A stretch of 64,000 bases of DNA from contig CP174360.1 of the NCBI GenBank assembly GCA_045401155.1, forward strand, positions 310,769 to 374,768. Direction: 5' to 3'. The notes beneath the pieces are model-generated. The model searched no databases and was not told where the DNA came from. It saw only the letters and a list, made by a program, of their open reading frames with translations. Made by a program: the position numbers and the translations under genes. The DNA comes from Candidatus Minusculum obligatum (GTDB taxonomy: Bacteria; Patescibacteriota; Minisyncoccia; Phycocordibacterales; Phycocordibacteraceae). This document shows positions 11,311 to 21,090 of this stretch, piece after piece; position 1 is the first letter of the stretch; every line of letters starts with the position of its first letter.

Positions 11311-11850
11311 TTACACGCCATGTAAACTTCCTGGCTTTTCTTTTATTACATCCATAATTGCTCTTCGGATTGTTTGTGGGGATCCAACGGTCTGCATGAC
11401 TAGGTCGTGTTGGTGTCCGGCTGTTTCAATATGTACATCTCCAATACCAAAAAGGGTTGGAAAAAGACCATGTATATCTGTCTGTACATCTTGGATACGC
11501 TCAATACGAAAACTGTTTATTTGTCTTGAGAAAAACCCTCGCTGTAATATTCCGATAATTCTCTGGTCTGTAATAATCCAAGTGTCTAGGTAAAAATCAG
11601 TGAGCAGGTGTGTTGCGCCAAACCACAAGAAAAGTAGGAGTAGATTTGCACCTATAAGTACATACTCTTCTGGAAATGCGGGGAATGTAGCATACCCAAG
11701 TGGTGTCCAAATCTCTCCATTAATAAATGCACCTTGTAGTACAAGCGTTAGGTATGCTCCAAATACAAAAGGAAGCATTTGGAACACGAGTACCAAGGGG
11801 TGCCTTCGAATGGTTTTTATGTGCTTTTCTTGTGCGGAAAGTTTAAACAT
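11311..11850 (-). CDS. Membrane protein with bacterial PH domain
   Basis: Two TM helices, then IITDQRII...RIQDV...GDVHIETAG. Confidence 0.75.
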   Translation of the reverse strand: MFKLSAQEKHIKTIRRHPLVLVFQMLPFVFGAYLTLVLQGAFINGEIWTPLGYATFPAFPEEYVLIGANLLLLFLWFGATHLLTDFYLDTWIITDQRIIGILQRGFFSRQINSFRIERIQDVQTDIHGLFPTLFGIGDVHIETAGHQHDLVMQTVGSPQTIRRAIMDVIKEKPGSLHGV

Positions 11851-12067
11851 ATGAAAGGCTGCTTACGATTGATCCAATTAGAAATAGTGATACCCCGTAA
11901 TACAGTATAAGTACGATCACCATTCGGATAGGGTTTCGACTATACACTATCCAGTGATAGGTAATAGAGAAAGAGAAGATAATAAAGAAGATAAGCAGTA
12001 CTCCAGAGAGAATGGAAATAACCGGAAGTGTCTGTAGAAAGGTTATAAAAGATGGAAGATCACTCAT
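11843..12067 (-). CDS. Small hypothetical membrane protein
   Basis: Two TM helices; overlaps both neighbours in operon fashion. Confidence 0.65.
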   Translation of the reverse strand: MSDLPSFITFLQTLPVISILSGVLLIFFIIFSFSITYHWIVYSRNPIRMVIVLILYYGVSLFLIGSIVSSLSYV

Positions 12068-12792
12068 CCTTTATAGTGTGCCACGGTATAGCGTGATACA
12101 CCATACTGGTCTGTGCGATTCTCTGCGGAAAATGAGGCAGGGAAAAGTTCAAGGATTTCATCCTTTTGTTCTGTGTCGTGCTCTAGATAAAGTGCGCCTC
12201 CCACATGCAGATGCTCATGGAGCTCGTTGATAAGCGTTCGTATATATACGAGACCATCTTCTCCAGCAAAAAGTGCAATAAGTGGCTCAAAATTAATCAC
12301 ACCCTTAGGAAGATCTCGATCCTTTGGGATGTATGGCGGATTAGCAAGGATTACATCAAATGTTCCTTCTACGTTTTTAAAAATATCACTCTCAATAATT
12401 TCAACAGGATTTGAAATGTTGTTTGCTTCAATATTCTTTTTGATAGTTTCTAGGTGTTGCGGATCAAGCTCTGCAAATGTCACGTGATCTTGCGGACGTG
12501 CTTTTGCCCACGCAATACCGAGTGCGCCACTTCCAGCAAAAATATCTAAAACCTTTTTTGGAGACTCATCAGTTTCTTTAATTGCTTGTTCAAGCCAGTA
12601 CTCACTTTCTACACGGGGGATAAGTGGTTTTGAATCAAGGTAGATTGTTGTATTTAAAAACGGAGTATTTCCAATGACATATGCCAAAGGCTCACCATTG
12701 TCTAGGCGTTCTTTATCTTTTTCAAACTCGGCAGTTGGAGTTCCGTCGTACTTTTCTTGCAGCAATTGCTGCTCCTCTCTCGTATCTATCAT
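12064..12792 (-). CDS. prmC: Release factor glutamine methyltransferase
   Basis: GEPLAYVIG, LIPRVESE, DIFAGSG, ANPPYI. Confidence 0.92.
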   Translation of the reverse strand: MIDTREEQQLLQEKYDGTPTAEFEKDKERLDNGEPLAYVIGNTPFLNTTIYLDSKPLIPRVESEYWLEQAIKETDESPKKVLDIFAGSGALGIAWAKARPQDHVTFAELDPQHLETIKKNIEANNISNPVEIIESDIFKNVEGTFDVILANPPYIPKDRDLPKGVINFEPLIALFAGEDGLVYIRTLINELHEHLHVGGALYLEHDTEQKDEILELFPASFSAENRTDQYGVSRYTVAHYKG

Positions 12793-12902
12793 ATGAGTTG
12801 TCTCATCATATATATAAGAATTAGAAATGCAATCAAGAGGAGAAGGTAGGCTAAATGTTGGTAGGTCATGGACGCGCTATATATTGAGAGTATACTACCT
12901 GC

Positions 12903-13589
12903 ATGTTCGGGATACGAAAGAGATTCCTTGGTTTAGGAATCTTTCTCATTCTAATGCCAATTATTTGGTTTGTTTTAAAGGACGTCATTACACTTGAGAC
13001 GATCCACATGAAGCAGTCTCTGCTTAAGGCATATGTTGCAGAGCACCATATTCTTTCAGTTCTTATCTTTGGAGGTATTTATACGGTGTCTGCAGCACTT
13101 GCCTTTCCACTTGGGGGTATTTTTGTACTTTTAGCAGGATTCTTATTTGGTGCATTTATTGGGACAGTGGTTACCGTGCTTGCGGCAACATTGGGGGGAG
13201 TGATTATTTTCTTACTTACGCGGTATTTCTTTAAAGATTGGGTAGAGAAGCATTATGGAAAGTATCTAGCACCTATTGAAAAGGAGCTTGCAGAGCACCC
13301 AGCATCGTATCTCCTTTTCCTTCGGTTTATGCCAGTGGTTCCATACCTGGTTATTAATGTGGTGCCGGCTTTGGTAAATGTACGGTTCTCTACATTCTTG
13401 TGGACAAGTATTGTGGGGCTGCTTCCAGGAGCGTTTATCTTTGCCCTGGCAGGGAAGGAGCTCTCTCGTATTGCGAGTACGGGAGATGTTTTAACACCGT
13501 CTCTTATTATTTCTTTGTTGTTACTGGCGGGACTTTCGCTTGTTCCCCCAGTGTATAGAAAGTACGCGGCATATAAGAAAAAGCAATAA
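12903..13589 (+). CDS. TVP38/TMEM64 (VTT/DedA-like) membrane protein
   Basis: LAGFLFG, LRFMPVVPYLVIN, SIVGLLPG. Confidence 0.85.
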   Translation: MFGIRKRFLGLGIFLILMPIIWFVLKDVITLETIHMKQSLLKAYVAEHHILSVLIFGGIYTVSAALAFPLGGIFVLLAGFLFGAFIGTVVTVLAATLGGVIIFLLTRYFFKDWVEKHYGKYLAPIEKELAEHPASYLLFLRFMPVVPYLVINVVPALVNVRFSTFLWTSIVGLLPGAFIFALAGKELSRIASTGDVLTPSLIISLLLLAGLSLVPPVYRKYAAYKKKQ

Positions 13590-13595
13590 ACGAAA

Positions 13596-13624
13596 ATCGC
13601 CCATCCCTAGTAGGGATGGGCGAT
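13596..13624. terminator. Hairpin terminator between convergent genes
   Basis: ATCGCCCATCCCTA-G-TAGGGATGGGCGAT. Confidence 0.8.
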
Positions 13625-13638
13625 GGTTTCCTTGGAGT

Positions 13639-13944
13639 TCAGTTGCCCCAGGTCATTTGGCCGAAAAGATTGCCGGTAGCCGTCATGCGACAGATGATGC
13701 CGCCCGCACGAGCACGATTTTCGGAGTCGTACGCAGTGAAGCCGCTAACGACTTCGGTCGTGATGCCATCGACGTGACACGCTTCGATGTCACCTTCGCG
13801 TGCTTCGTGAAGGCGCGTTTCCGCAGCATCGATGTAGTCGGCCGCAACAAGGTGATCTGCAAAGCTTTGCTGGGTGTTTTGTTGCTCTTGGCTGCCACAC
13901 CCACACAGGGTCGTGACCACGAGAATTGTAAGGATCATTTTCAT
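13639..13944 (-). CDS. Hypothetical lipoprotein, GC-rich orphan
   Basis: MKMILTILVVTTLCGC signal/lipobox; GGAG SD; GC-ending codons. Confidence 0.65.
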   Translation of the reverse strand: MKMILTILVVTTLCGCGSQEQQNTQQSFADHLVAADYIDAAETRLHEAREGDIEACHVDGITTEVVSGFTAYDSENRARAGGIICRMTATGNLFGQMTWGN

Positions 13945-13978
13945 CAGAACTTCTCCACTGGATTGATGACTTATGTTA

Positions 13979-14021
13979 ATTATACTATAACATTGACATG
14001 TGTCAAGATATGGTGTATAGT
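13979..14021. promoter_or_regulatory. Overlapping divergent sigma70 promoters
   Basis: Palindrome TTGACATGTGTCAA supplies both -35 boxes; + strand TTGACA-17-TATAGT, - strand TTGACA-16-TATAAT. Confidence 0.7.
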
Positions 14022-14029
14022 GCGCATAT

Positions 14030-14296
14030 ATGAAAAGTAATCCAGCAGCAATTCGAGAGTGTCTGCAAGGGGATTGTAATGAAATCCTTAAGCAGAGTAT
14101 GCACATGATTGATGGAGATCGGGAGACCGCAACTCTAAATGTATGTGCGATTGATGTTGATGCGGTACTACAAGCTCCTCTAAAGAAAATTGATTATGGA
14201 CGTTTCGCTGAAGTGCCAAAAACAAATATGGTAATTCCACGAAGTCCAAAGGCAGTGAGCTCTCGAGGATTTGTGGCAACACTCTTCAACAAATAA
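14030..14296 (+). CDS. Hypothetical protein
   Basis: 88-aa ORF directly after a consensus promoter. Confidence 0.55.
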   Translation: MKSNPAAIRECLQGDCNEILKQSMHMIDGDRETATLNVCAIDVDAVLQAPLKKIDYGRFAEVPKTNMVIPRSPKAVSSRGFVATLFNK

Positions 14297-14338
14297 ACAT
14301 TTACACATAGCAAAGAATACGCATCACCTGATATACTT

Positions 14339-14803
14339 ATGGTGATGCGTATTCATTTTTGGCACACAGCATTTTCACTTCTATTTTTCGTACTTGCTAT
14401 TTTTGCAGTTGTTCATCTAGATAGAAGCGATCTTCTTCCAACATGGATTCCTGTATTTGATTTTATTTTGCTTGTGCTTGCTACATTCCGTCTTACACGA
14501 CTCTTTGTGTATGACAGTATTACAGCCTTTATTCGAGGGTGGTTTTATGGGCAGCCAAAAACATCATTTTTGGGGACCATGGGGACACTTATTAATTGTC
14601 CATGGTGCACAGGGCTTTGGTTTGCGCTCGTGCTTTCATACTTTTATTTCATCACACCGTACGCATGGTTCTTTATCCTATTCCTAGGTATTGCAGGTCT
14701 TGGAACACTAATGCAAATTCTTGTTAATTGGATTGGATGGAGTGCTGAAGGGGCAAAGAAATCTGTGCAGACAGGGGATGGTCCACATGTTTGCGGAGGA
14801 TAA
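14339..14803 (+). CDS. DUF1360-family membrane protein
   Basis: LATFRLTRLFVYDSIT, LINCPWCTGLW. Confidence 0.85.
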   Translation: MVMRIHFWHTAFSLLFFVLAIFAVVHLDRSDLLPTWIPVFDFILLVLATFRLTRLFVYDSITAFIRGWFYGQPKTSFLGTMGTLINCPWCTGLWFALVLSYFYFITPYAWFFILFLGIAGLGTLMQILVNWIGWSAEGAKKSVQTGDGPHVCGG

Positions 14804-14881
14804 ATAATATAAAAAACAGCCTCAAAGTGGGGTTGTTTTTGTATTAGCAGATATATCTACTTCCTGATATTCTATGTCTAT

Positions 14882-15538
14882 ATGAATCAGGGAATGTACG
14901 TAGCAGGAGCAATTATTGTTGGAGGGGGTCTTATTGCAGGATCTATTATTTACACAAACAATAATAATAATAATGGAGCTCCTCAGGAAGAGGAGGTGAG
15001 GGTTACGGAGGTGCGAGAGATTGGAGAAGGGGATCATACATATGGGAATCCTAATGCGCCGGTACAAATAATCGAATATTCAGATTTTGAATGTCCATTT
15101 TGTGCGCGATTCCACCCAACTCCAGAGCGTATCGTAGAGGAGTCAGATGGAGGCGTAGTTTGGGCGTACCGCCACTTCCCACTAAATATCCATAGAAATG
15201 CTCCATTTGCTGCAGAGGCATCAGAATGTGCTGCAAAGCTTGGAGGCAATAACGCATTTTGGTCATACTCAGAAGGTCTTTTTGAGAACCAAAATAGGCT
15301 AGGAGATGCCCTGTATCTTGAGCTTGCAGAAGTCGAAGGAATTGATGTAGAGGCATTTAACGCATGTCTTGCGAGCGATCGGCATATTGCAAAAGTAGAA
15401 GCTGAGTTTAATGAAGCTCTTGCGGCTGGTGCTCGGGGGACTCCGTACAATATAGTTATTGGTCCAGACGGGACACAGATCCCATTCTCTGGAGCGCTTC
15501 CATACGAGACTGTTCTGCAAATTATCGAGTCACTATAA
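14882..15538 (+). CDS. DsbA-family oxidoreductase
   Basis: EYSDFECPFC, YRHFPL, GARGTP. Confidence 0.9.
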   Translation: MNQGMYVAGAIIVGGGLIAGSIIYTNNNNNNGAPQEEEVRVTEVREIGEGDHTYGNPNAPVQIIEYSDFECPFCARFHPTPERIVEESDGGVVWAYRHFPLNIHRNAPFAAEASECAAKLGGNNAFWSYSEGLFENQNRLGDALYLELAEVEGIDVEAFNACLASDRHIAKVEAEFNEALAAGARGTPYNIVIGPDGTQIPFSGALPYETVLQIIESL

Positions 15539-16302
15539 TGCTTGAGTTAGGGTTTATTTTCTCAGCATTTATTGCGGGGGTGCTTATGTTCTTGGCGCCT
15601 TGCACTTTGCCAATTATTCCTGCGTATCTTGGGTTTATTAGTGGCGTGTCACTAAAAGATTTTGAATCTCTTACAGGGGCGCAAAAAACTCGAGCGCGCA
15701 GAAAGATATTCTTTAACGGACTTGCGTTTGTGCTCGGGTTTACAATTGTATTTGTACTCTTTGGAGTTCTCGCAGGGCTGCTTGGAGAGTTCCTCGCGCC
15801 AGTGCGTATTTGGCTTTCTCGTATCGGGGGAGTAGCAATAATTTTCTTTGGGTTGTTTATGCTTGGCGTGTTCAATCTAAAGTTTTTAGATGCGCAGCGA
15901 AGATTTAAAACTCCGTCATTTTTAAAAGTGGGGAAGGAAAGTACGTCATTTTTTATTGGGGCACTTTTTGCCTTTGGGTGGACACCGTGTGTTGGGCCTA
16001 TTCTTGCAAGCATTTTGTTCCTTGCCTCAACTTCTGCTACAGCATTATATGGAGGATTTCTTTTGTTGGTGTTTTCTTTAGGACTTGCAATTCCATTTCT
16101 TCTCGTCGCGCTTGGTATTAGTTATGCAAGTAAGTTTATACAAAAGGAGAGTAAGTACTTAAAATTTGTTTCAGTTATTGCAGGAGTATTCTTGATTGGG
16201 ATAGGAATCTTGCTTGTGACAGACAATTTTGGACTTACGATTCAGTATGGATATAAGTTGTTTGAGTTTATACAGTACGAAAGGCTTCTAGATTACCTAT
16301 AG
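15538..16302 (+). CDS. ccdA: CcdA/DsbD-type transmembrane electron transporter
   Basis: APCTLPIIPAY, GWTPCVGPIL. Confidence 0.9.
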   Translation: MLELGFIFSAFIAGVLMFLAPCTLPIIPAYLGFISGVSLKDFESLTGAQKTRARRKIFFNGLAFVLGFTIVFVLFGVLAGLLGEFLAPVRIWLSRIGGVAIIFFGLFMLGVFNLKFLDAQRRFKTPSFLKVGKESTSFFIGALFAFGWTPCVGPILASILFLASTSATALYGGFLLLVFSLGLAIPFLLVALGISYASKFIQKESKYLKFVSVIAGVFLIGIGILLVTDNFGLTIQYGYKLFEFIQYERLLDYL

Positions 16303-16469
16303 ACAACACAAAAATAGGGAAGTCAAAGGCAGTTTCTTGTATATAAGTTGGCTCAACAGAGCCTTTTTATAAGTGCTTTAGTATGTAAAAAGTTTGACAG
16401 AAGTGTGGTATATGTATTATAATATGCTTGCATTAATCTAATACGGTACACTGTTACCTTAATAAATTT

Positions 16470-17030
16470 ATGATGCATATTGTTACTTCACTCGCTATTG
16501 CGAATTTTTTGTTTGGAGGAGCATTTGTTTCTCCAACCGCAGACGCGAACCTGAAATCAGCTGAGGAAGGATACTTCCTTGCGGCGCACATTCAAAAGGA
16601 ATATACCGTAAAGCTAACTGGCTACAACGCACTTGTTGCACAGACTGATGACGATCCATTCACTACTGCTAGTGGACTCTACTCTAATCCTGAGATTATT
16701 GTAGCGAAAAGTCGAGACCTCGACCTTCCATTTGGTACCGTGATTAAGATCGATGCATCAAATCGTGCTCTAAACGGAAGTTGTGGTGTCGAGGTAGTTT
16801 CTGATCTGATTGGGTATCGTGTTGTCGGAGATGTAACACATGCGCGTAAAACCTCTCAGATTGACGTACTCCTCGATCATACCAAGCCCGTTACCTTTAA
16901 CGGTAAGCAGATGAACCCAAGTATTATTCTTGGAATCTGTGACGGCGTAAAGATTACAGCAGTAGGACATATTGATCTTGCTGATGTGCCTGAAACGCAG
17001 GAAGAGCTCAAACAGATGATTGAAGGATAA
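16470..17030 (+). CDS. Secreted 3D-domain (MltA-like) protein
   Basis: Signal peptide; TGYN...QTDDDPFTTASG, LPFGT, IDV. Confidence 0.7.
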   Translation: MMHIVTSLAIANFLFGGAFVSPTADANLKSAEEGYFLAAHIQKEYTVKLTGYNALVAQTDDDPFTTASGLYSNPEIIVAKSRDLDLPFGTVIKIDASNRALNGSCGVEVVSDLIGYRVVGDVTHARKTSQIDVLLDHTKPVTFNGKQMNPSIILGICDGVKITAVGHIDLADVPETQEELKQMIEG

Positions 17031-17034
17031 AAAC

Positions 17035-17063
17035 AAAAAGAGCACCGATACGGTGCTCTTTTT
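17035..17063. terminator. Bidirectional intrinsic terminator
   Basis: AAAAAGAGCACCG-ATA-CGGTGCTCTTTTT. Confidence 0.9.
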
Positions 17064-17068
17064 GTTAT

Positions 17069-17269
17069 TTATGCTCGGGATACATTCACGGCGTTTGGTC
17101 CCTTTGGTCCATCACCAATCTCAAATGTAACTTCCTCACCTTCCTTTAGGTCGTTGAATTCAACTCCGTTAAGCTCATTTGCGTGGAAGAAAAGATCCTT
17201 ATCTCCCTCATCTGGCTTAATGAATCCAAAGCCCTTGTCGGTAACACGAGCGATAGTTCCTTTATTCAT
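17069..17269 (-). CDS. cspA: Cold-shock protein
   Basis: KGFGFI, DLFFH, GPKGPNAVNV. Confidence 0.95.
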   Translation of the reverse strand: MNKGTIARVTDKGFGFIKPDEGDKDLFFHANELNGVEFNDLKEGEEVTFEIGDGPKGPNAVNVSRA

Positions 17270-17369
17270 TTCTACTAGAGAAATTATCTACTAACTCAAA
17301 ACCTCGGTAGAAAAATTTCTCTCTCTCACCAGAATGCTTTGATGTGTGTACCATAGTACATTTGGTGGT

Positions 17370-18155
17370 TCACGTCAATCTAATTGGGATAAAGAAGGGG
17401 ATAGAAAGAATGGTTGTATATCTTCCAATTTTGTTTCGATGAATAGAGAGTGCGCATGCATTTGTGCCAAGGTGCCTTCCAATACGCTCTGCAAGAGACC
17501 GCATATATGCTCCTGATCCGCACGTCACTTTTATTGTAATAATTTGATAGTGCTGACGATTGTTCCAGAGTGTATTCATCCAAGTTTTTTTTATTTCTTC
17601 TTGCCGGAAATCTTTTCCAATAGTTTTTCGAGGGTCATCTGATATAGGAGCGTGTTTTAATAGGTGCTGTACTTTTTTATATAGTGTATTCGGGTCAATA
17701 AGTTTTGTTCTAAGCAGTTCAATACGATAAAAGGTTTCTTCGTGCGTTGGAATTTCTATATCTTTTAAGGTTCCTTCAAGTGCATGTAAAAATAAAGGCT
17801 TTCCATTAACTGGCTTTGAAGAGAAGTGTGGGTAAGGTAGCGTTTTTGTCCCAACTTCTTTTTTTAAGATGTCTTTTAAGATATTGTTGGATGCTCGCGT
17901 ATGTCTATTTGCATGTATTGGCATTCCTAATATATCTCCCGTATCAGTGCTGATATCTAAAAGCACTTCAACGACATACTCCTTATCAAGGTTTTGATAG
18001 TGTTCTTTTTTATATACATCTTTCCCTGAAAGAATTAAAAGCTCTCCCGTTGCCATTGGATCAAGGCGGCCTACATATGTTGCCTTATCTTTCGTTGTTC
18101 GTTGAAGTGCCTCAAGAGGTGTTTCTCCAAGTTTCTTATTAATTATTTTTTTCAT
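17370..18155 (-). CDS. truB: TruB-like tRNA pseudouridine synthase
   Basis: GRLDPMATGELL, STDTGDILG, SSKPVNGKPL, CGSGAYMRSLA. Confidence 0.8.
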   Translation of the reverse strand: MKKIINKKLGETPLEALQRTTKDKATYVGRLDPMATGELLILSGKDVYKKEHYQNLDKEYVVEVLLDISTDTGDILGMPIHANRHTRASNNILKDILKKEVGTKTLPYPHFSSKPVNGKPLFLHALEGTLKDIEIPTHEETFYRIELLRTKLIDPNTLYKKVQHLLKHAPISDDPRKTIGKDFRQEEIKKTWMNTLWNNRQHYQIITIKVTCGSGAYMRSLAERIGRHLGTNACALSIHRNKIGRYTTILSIPFFIPIRLT

Positions 18156-18658
18156 TAAAACTTTCTTGAATCGTATGCCCAGTGTAGGAGAGACTGTCGC
18201 TGCTTCTTCCTGCATGTTAGGTCTTTAGCTCTACAGTTTTGCATGACTTGAGAAGCATGTCTTCTGTAGGCAAACCATCGTTTAATTTGACGTTCATCAT
18301 CTTCATGTCTTCGCCCCATGTAATATCTGCAATACCACTGAAACCAGCCTCGAGGATCATCTTCATGCATCCATCCTTTTTCTCTCCAGACCTTTAAGGG
18401 TTGAGAAGCATTGATGCCAAAGAAGTTTAGATTCTTGTCTCGCTTTTTATTTATTGCAAGTTTTGCTTTTGTAAACCATTCTTTGGGAAACTCTTTTGCG
18501 CCGTCAGTCATGTATAGTCCTCCAAAGACACCAAGTTCAAGCATTTCTTTTGGTGTGAGTTGCGGTTTAAAGTCTTTGTGAAAATTTTTACCGACAGGCT
18601 CTGTTAGGTAGTACGTGTAATTTTGGAATACGTCTCGCACAACAACTTTTTTCTTCAT
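18155..18658 (-). CDS. Conserved hypothetical protein
   Basis: TPKEMLELGVFGG, DPRGWFQWYCRYYMGRR, RQSLLHWAYD; function unknown. Confidence 0.8.
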   Translation of the reverse strand: MKKKVVVRDVFQNYTYYLTEPVGKNFHKDFKPQLTPKEMLELGVFGGLYMTDGAKEFPKEWFTKAKLAINKKRDKNLNFFGINASQPLKVWREKGWMHEDDPRGWFQWYCRYYMGRRHEDDERQIKRWFAYRRHASQVMQNCRAKDLTCRKKQRQSLLHWAYDSRKF

Positions 18659-18698
18659 ACGTATAGTATACAAAAAAAGGCCTCACGGCCTATTTTTT

Positions 18699-18890
18699 TT
18701 ATTTACGCCCCATTTGCCAGCCGTTAAATGCCATAACGGCAGCAACAATTCCGATAACAAGACTTGCCCACAAAGGCACTTCAAAGTTTGAAATGGTCAA
18801 ATCCCATGATCGGAAGAATCGAATAAGGTGTAATACAGCTACGGCACTAAAGATGATCGATGCAATGTTAAAGAAATCTTTTCGCTTCAT
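18699..18890 (-). CDS. Small two-TM membrane protein
   Basis: Hydrophobic 63-aa ORF followed by a hairpin terminator. Confidence 0.65.
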   Translation of the reverse strand: MKRKDFFNIASIIFSAVAVLHLIRFFRSWDLTISNFEVPLWASLVIGIVAAVMAFNGWQMGRK

Positions 18891-18991
18891 GTGTGTATTG
18901 TTACTTTTAAACGCTCTTATTATTTGAGTGTAGCAATAAAAAAGAGGGGGTTGCTCAAAACAAATCTTTTTTGTTGATATACTTTAAGCAT

Positions 18992-19399
18992 ATGACACTT
19001 ATTCAAATAGTATATCTATACCTTTTGACGGTCCCGGTCTTCTTTATTATAGACATGGTGTGGTTGGGACTTGTTGCAAAAAATTTCTATCAAAATCAAA
19101 TTGGATTTTTACTTGGTCCCGTTAACTGGACTGCTGCAATTGTTTTTTACCTCCTCTTTATAGTGGGGATTCTTGTGTTTGCAGTTCTTCCAGCTCTTGA
19201 TGGTGGAAATCTTATGAAGGCCGTATTGCTCGGCGCGTTCTTCGGCTTTGTTGCATATGCAACTTACGATCTTACAAATCTTGCAACAGTAAAAGACTGG
19301 CCATTTTTAATTGTGGTAGTGGACATGATTTGGGGTGCAGTACTTTCTAGCTCTGTTGCTGCTGTTAGTTATCTTATCGGCTCACGACTATTCCTATAA
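18992..19399 (+). CDS. DUF2177-family membrane protein
   Basis: IDMVWLG, YATYDLTNLAT, DMIWG. Confidence 0.88.
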   Translation: MTLIQIVYLYLLTVPVFFIIDMVWLGLVAKNFYQNQIGFLLGPVNWTAAIVFYLLFIVGILVFAVLPALDGGNLMKAVLLGAFFGFVAYATYDLTNLATVKDWPFLIVVVDMIWGAVLSSSVAAVSYLIGSRLFL

Positions 19400-20172
19400 T
19401 GGATATATATCAACTTCTTCTCATAACTGGTGGTGTCGTGTTTGTATACGTCACCATTTGGTTTATCGTTTCACTTTTATTAAAGCGTAATGACCTCGCG
19501 GACATTGCTTGGGGCCCAGGGATATTTCTTGTAGGTCTTGTTGGGTTCTTCTTTTCAGAAGGAGGATTATCTTTACTCGTGACGATACTTATGGGTATTT
19601 GGGCACTGCGCTTAGCTTCACGTATCGCAGCACGTAATTTAAAGAAAAAGGAAGATAAGAGATACATAGAATTAGCAAAGACGTGGGGGAGGTGGTTTTT
19701 GCTTCGGAGCTATCTTCAAGTGTTTCTGCTTCAAGGACTTCTGATGATCTTTGTTGGGTATCCGGCTCTTCATATTGCTGCATTTGGAAGTGAAATGTCA
19801 GTTTTGGTGTATGTAGGTCTGGGACTTTGGCTTGTCGGTTTCTTCTTCGAAGCAGTGGGAGACTATCAACTTGATCAATTCTTATCTAAAGAAGAAAATC
19901 GCGGCAAGATTATGCGTTATGGTCTTTGGAAATATACTCGCCACCCAAACTATTTTGGAGAAGTAACACAGTGGTGGGGGATATTTCTAATGGTGGTAAG
20001 TGCACCTTTTGGACTTGTGGCCTTTATAAGTCCTCTTATGATCACATATCTCATTCTTTTTGTTTCAGGGATTCCAATGCTTGAAAAGATGTTTGAAGGG
20101 AATCCTGAGTTTGAAGAATACAAAAAACGCACAAGTGCGTTTTTCCCATGGTTTAGAAAACCTGTCTCTTAG
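19399..20172 (+). CDS. DUF1295 (steroid 5-alpha-reductase-like) membrane protein
   Basis: DIAWG, EDKRY, GDYQL, GLWKYTRHPNYFGE. Confidence 0.9.
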   Translation: MDIYQLLLITGGVVFVYVTIWFIVSLLLKRNDLADIAWGPGIFLVGLVGFFFSEGGLSLLVTILMGIWALRLASRIAARNLKKKEDKRYIELAKTWGRWFLLRSYLQVFLLQGLLMIFVGYPALHIAAFGSEMSVLVYVGLGLWLVGFFFEAVGDYQLDQFLSKEENRGKIMRYGLWKYTRHPNYFGEVTQWWGIFLMVVSAPFGLVAFISPLMITYLILFVSGIPMLEKMFEGNPEFEEYKKRTSAFFPWFRKPVS

Positions 20173-20327
20173 AGACTTGGTGCGAAATGTCCGCCAAGGA
20201 AGTATGGCCAAAGGATAAGTGCAAGTAATCCGTTAAAGAAATTTAACTGCAAAAATCCAATGGTAAATAGCCATGCCGCAAACCAAAATCCTTCAAAGAA
20301 GTAATGTGTAATTTTTATATTCTGCAT
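20169..20327 (-). CDS. Small membrane protein (52 aa), absent from the ORF track
   Basis: Manual translation MQNIKITHYFFEGFWFAAWLFTIGFLQLNFFNGLLALILWPYFLGGHFAPSL*; fills the intergenic gap. Confidence 0.7.
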   Translation of the reverse strand: MQNIKITHYFFEGFWFAAWLFTIGFLQLNFFNGLLALILWPYFLGGHFAPSL

Positions 20328-20351
20328 ACGTATATAGTGTAGCATCAGGTG

Positions 20352-21041
20352 CTACATGGGCACTTCAAAGAAGAGGATTTCCACGTAGTCTTCTGGCATT
20401 ACTATAATCTCCTCGCCCAAGATTCCAAGTGCGTCTTTTCCACTAAGAGCTGTTCCATTTACACGCGCCTTTCCTTTTATTGCAAAAACATACACGCCAT
20501 GGTCAGGTTTTTCTTTTTTGTAAGAGATTTCTTTGTTTCCAGAGAAAGATGAGATAAATGCATCTTGGTGGATTTTTAGTGGGGCGCCACTTTCCATGCT
20601 TCCAATAAGTTGTGTGATGGCGTTTTCTTGCGTAGGTATCTTTTTTTGATCATATCGAGGAGCTACATTTTTTGTATTTGGCTCAATCCAAATTTGGAAG
20701 AGGGAAAGTGGTACATCCTCATCATTCATCTCTGCATGTAATACGCCTGTTCCTGCCGACATAACTTGGATTTCTCCCTTACTAATAGATATGTCTTTAT
20801 TACCCATATTGTCTGAGTGAGTAATTCTTCCACTTTTGACGATGGTGATAATTTCCATGTCTTTGTGTCCATGCATCGGAAATCCCGAATGTGGTGCAAT
20901 AAGATCATCATTTATCACACGAAGTGCTCCGAATCCCATTTTTTCAGGATTAAACCAATTTGCAAAAGAAAAACTATATCGTGTCTTAAGCCAGTCTAAG
21001 TTTGCTGCACCTCTTTCCTCTGCTTTATGTAGTATCTGCAT
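20352..21041 (-). CDS. Pirin-family protein
   Basis: GFGALRVINDD, FPMHGHKDMEIIT, MSAGTGVLHAE, FQIWI. Confidence 0.93.
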   Translation of the reverse strand: MQILHKAEERGAANLDWLKTRYSFSFANWFNPEKMGFGALRVINDDLIAPHSGFPMHGHKDMEIITIVKSGRITHSDNMGNKDISISKGEIQVMSAGTGVLHAEMNDEDVPLSLFQIWIEPNTKNVAPRYDQKKIPTQENAITQLIGSMESGAPLKIHQDAFISSFSGNKEISYKKEKPDHGVYVFAIKGKARVNGTALSGKDALGILGEEIIVMPEDYVEILFFEVPM

Positions 21042-21056
21042 ATTGCTTGAGAGTAT

Positions 21057-21090
21057 AACAAAATGCCTCACAGATGTGAGGCATTTTGTT
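21057..21090 (-). terminator. Intrinsic terminator
   Basis: AACAAAATGCCTCAC-AGAT-GTGAGGCATTTTGTT. Confidence 0.85.
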
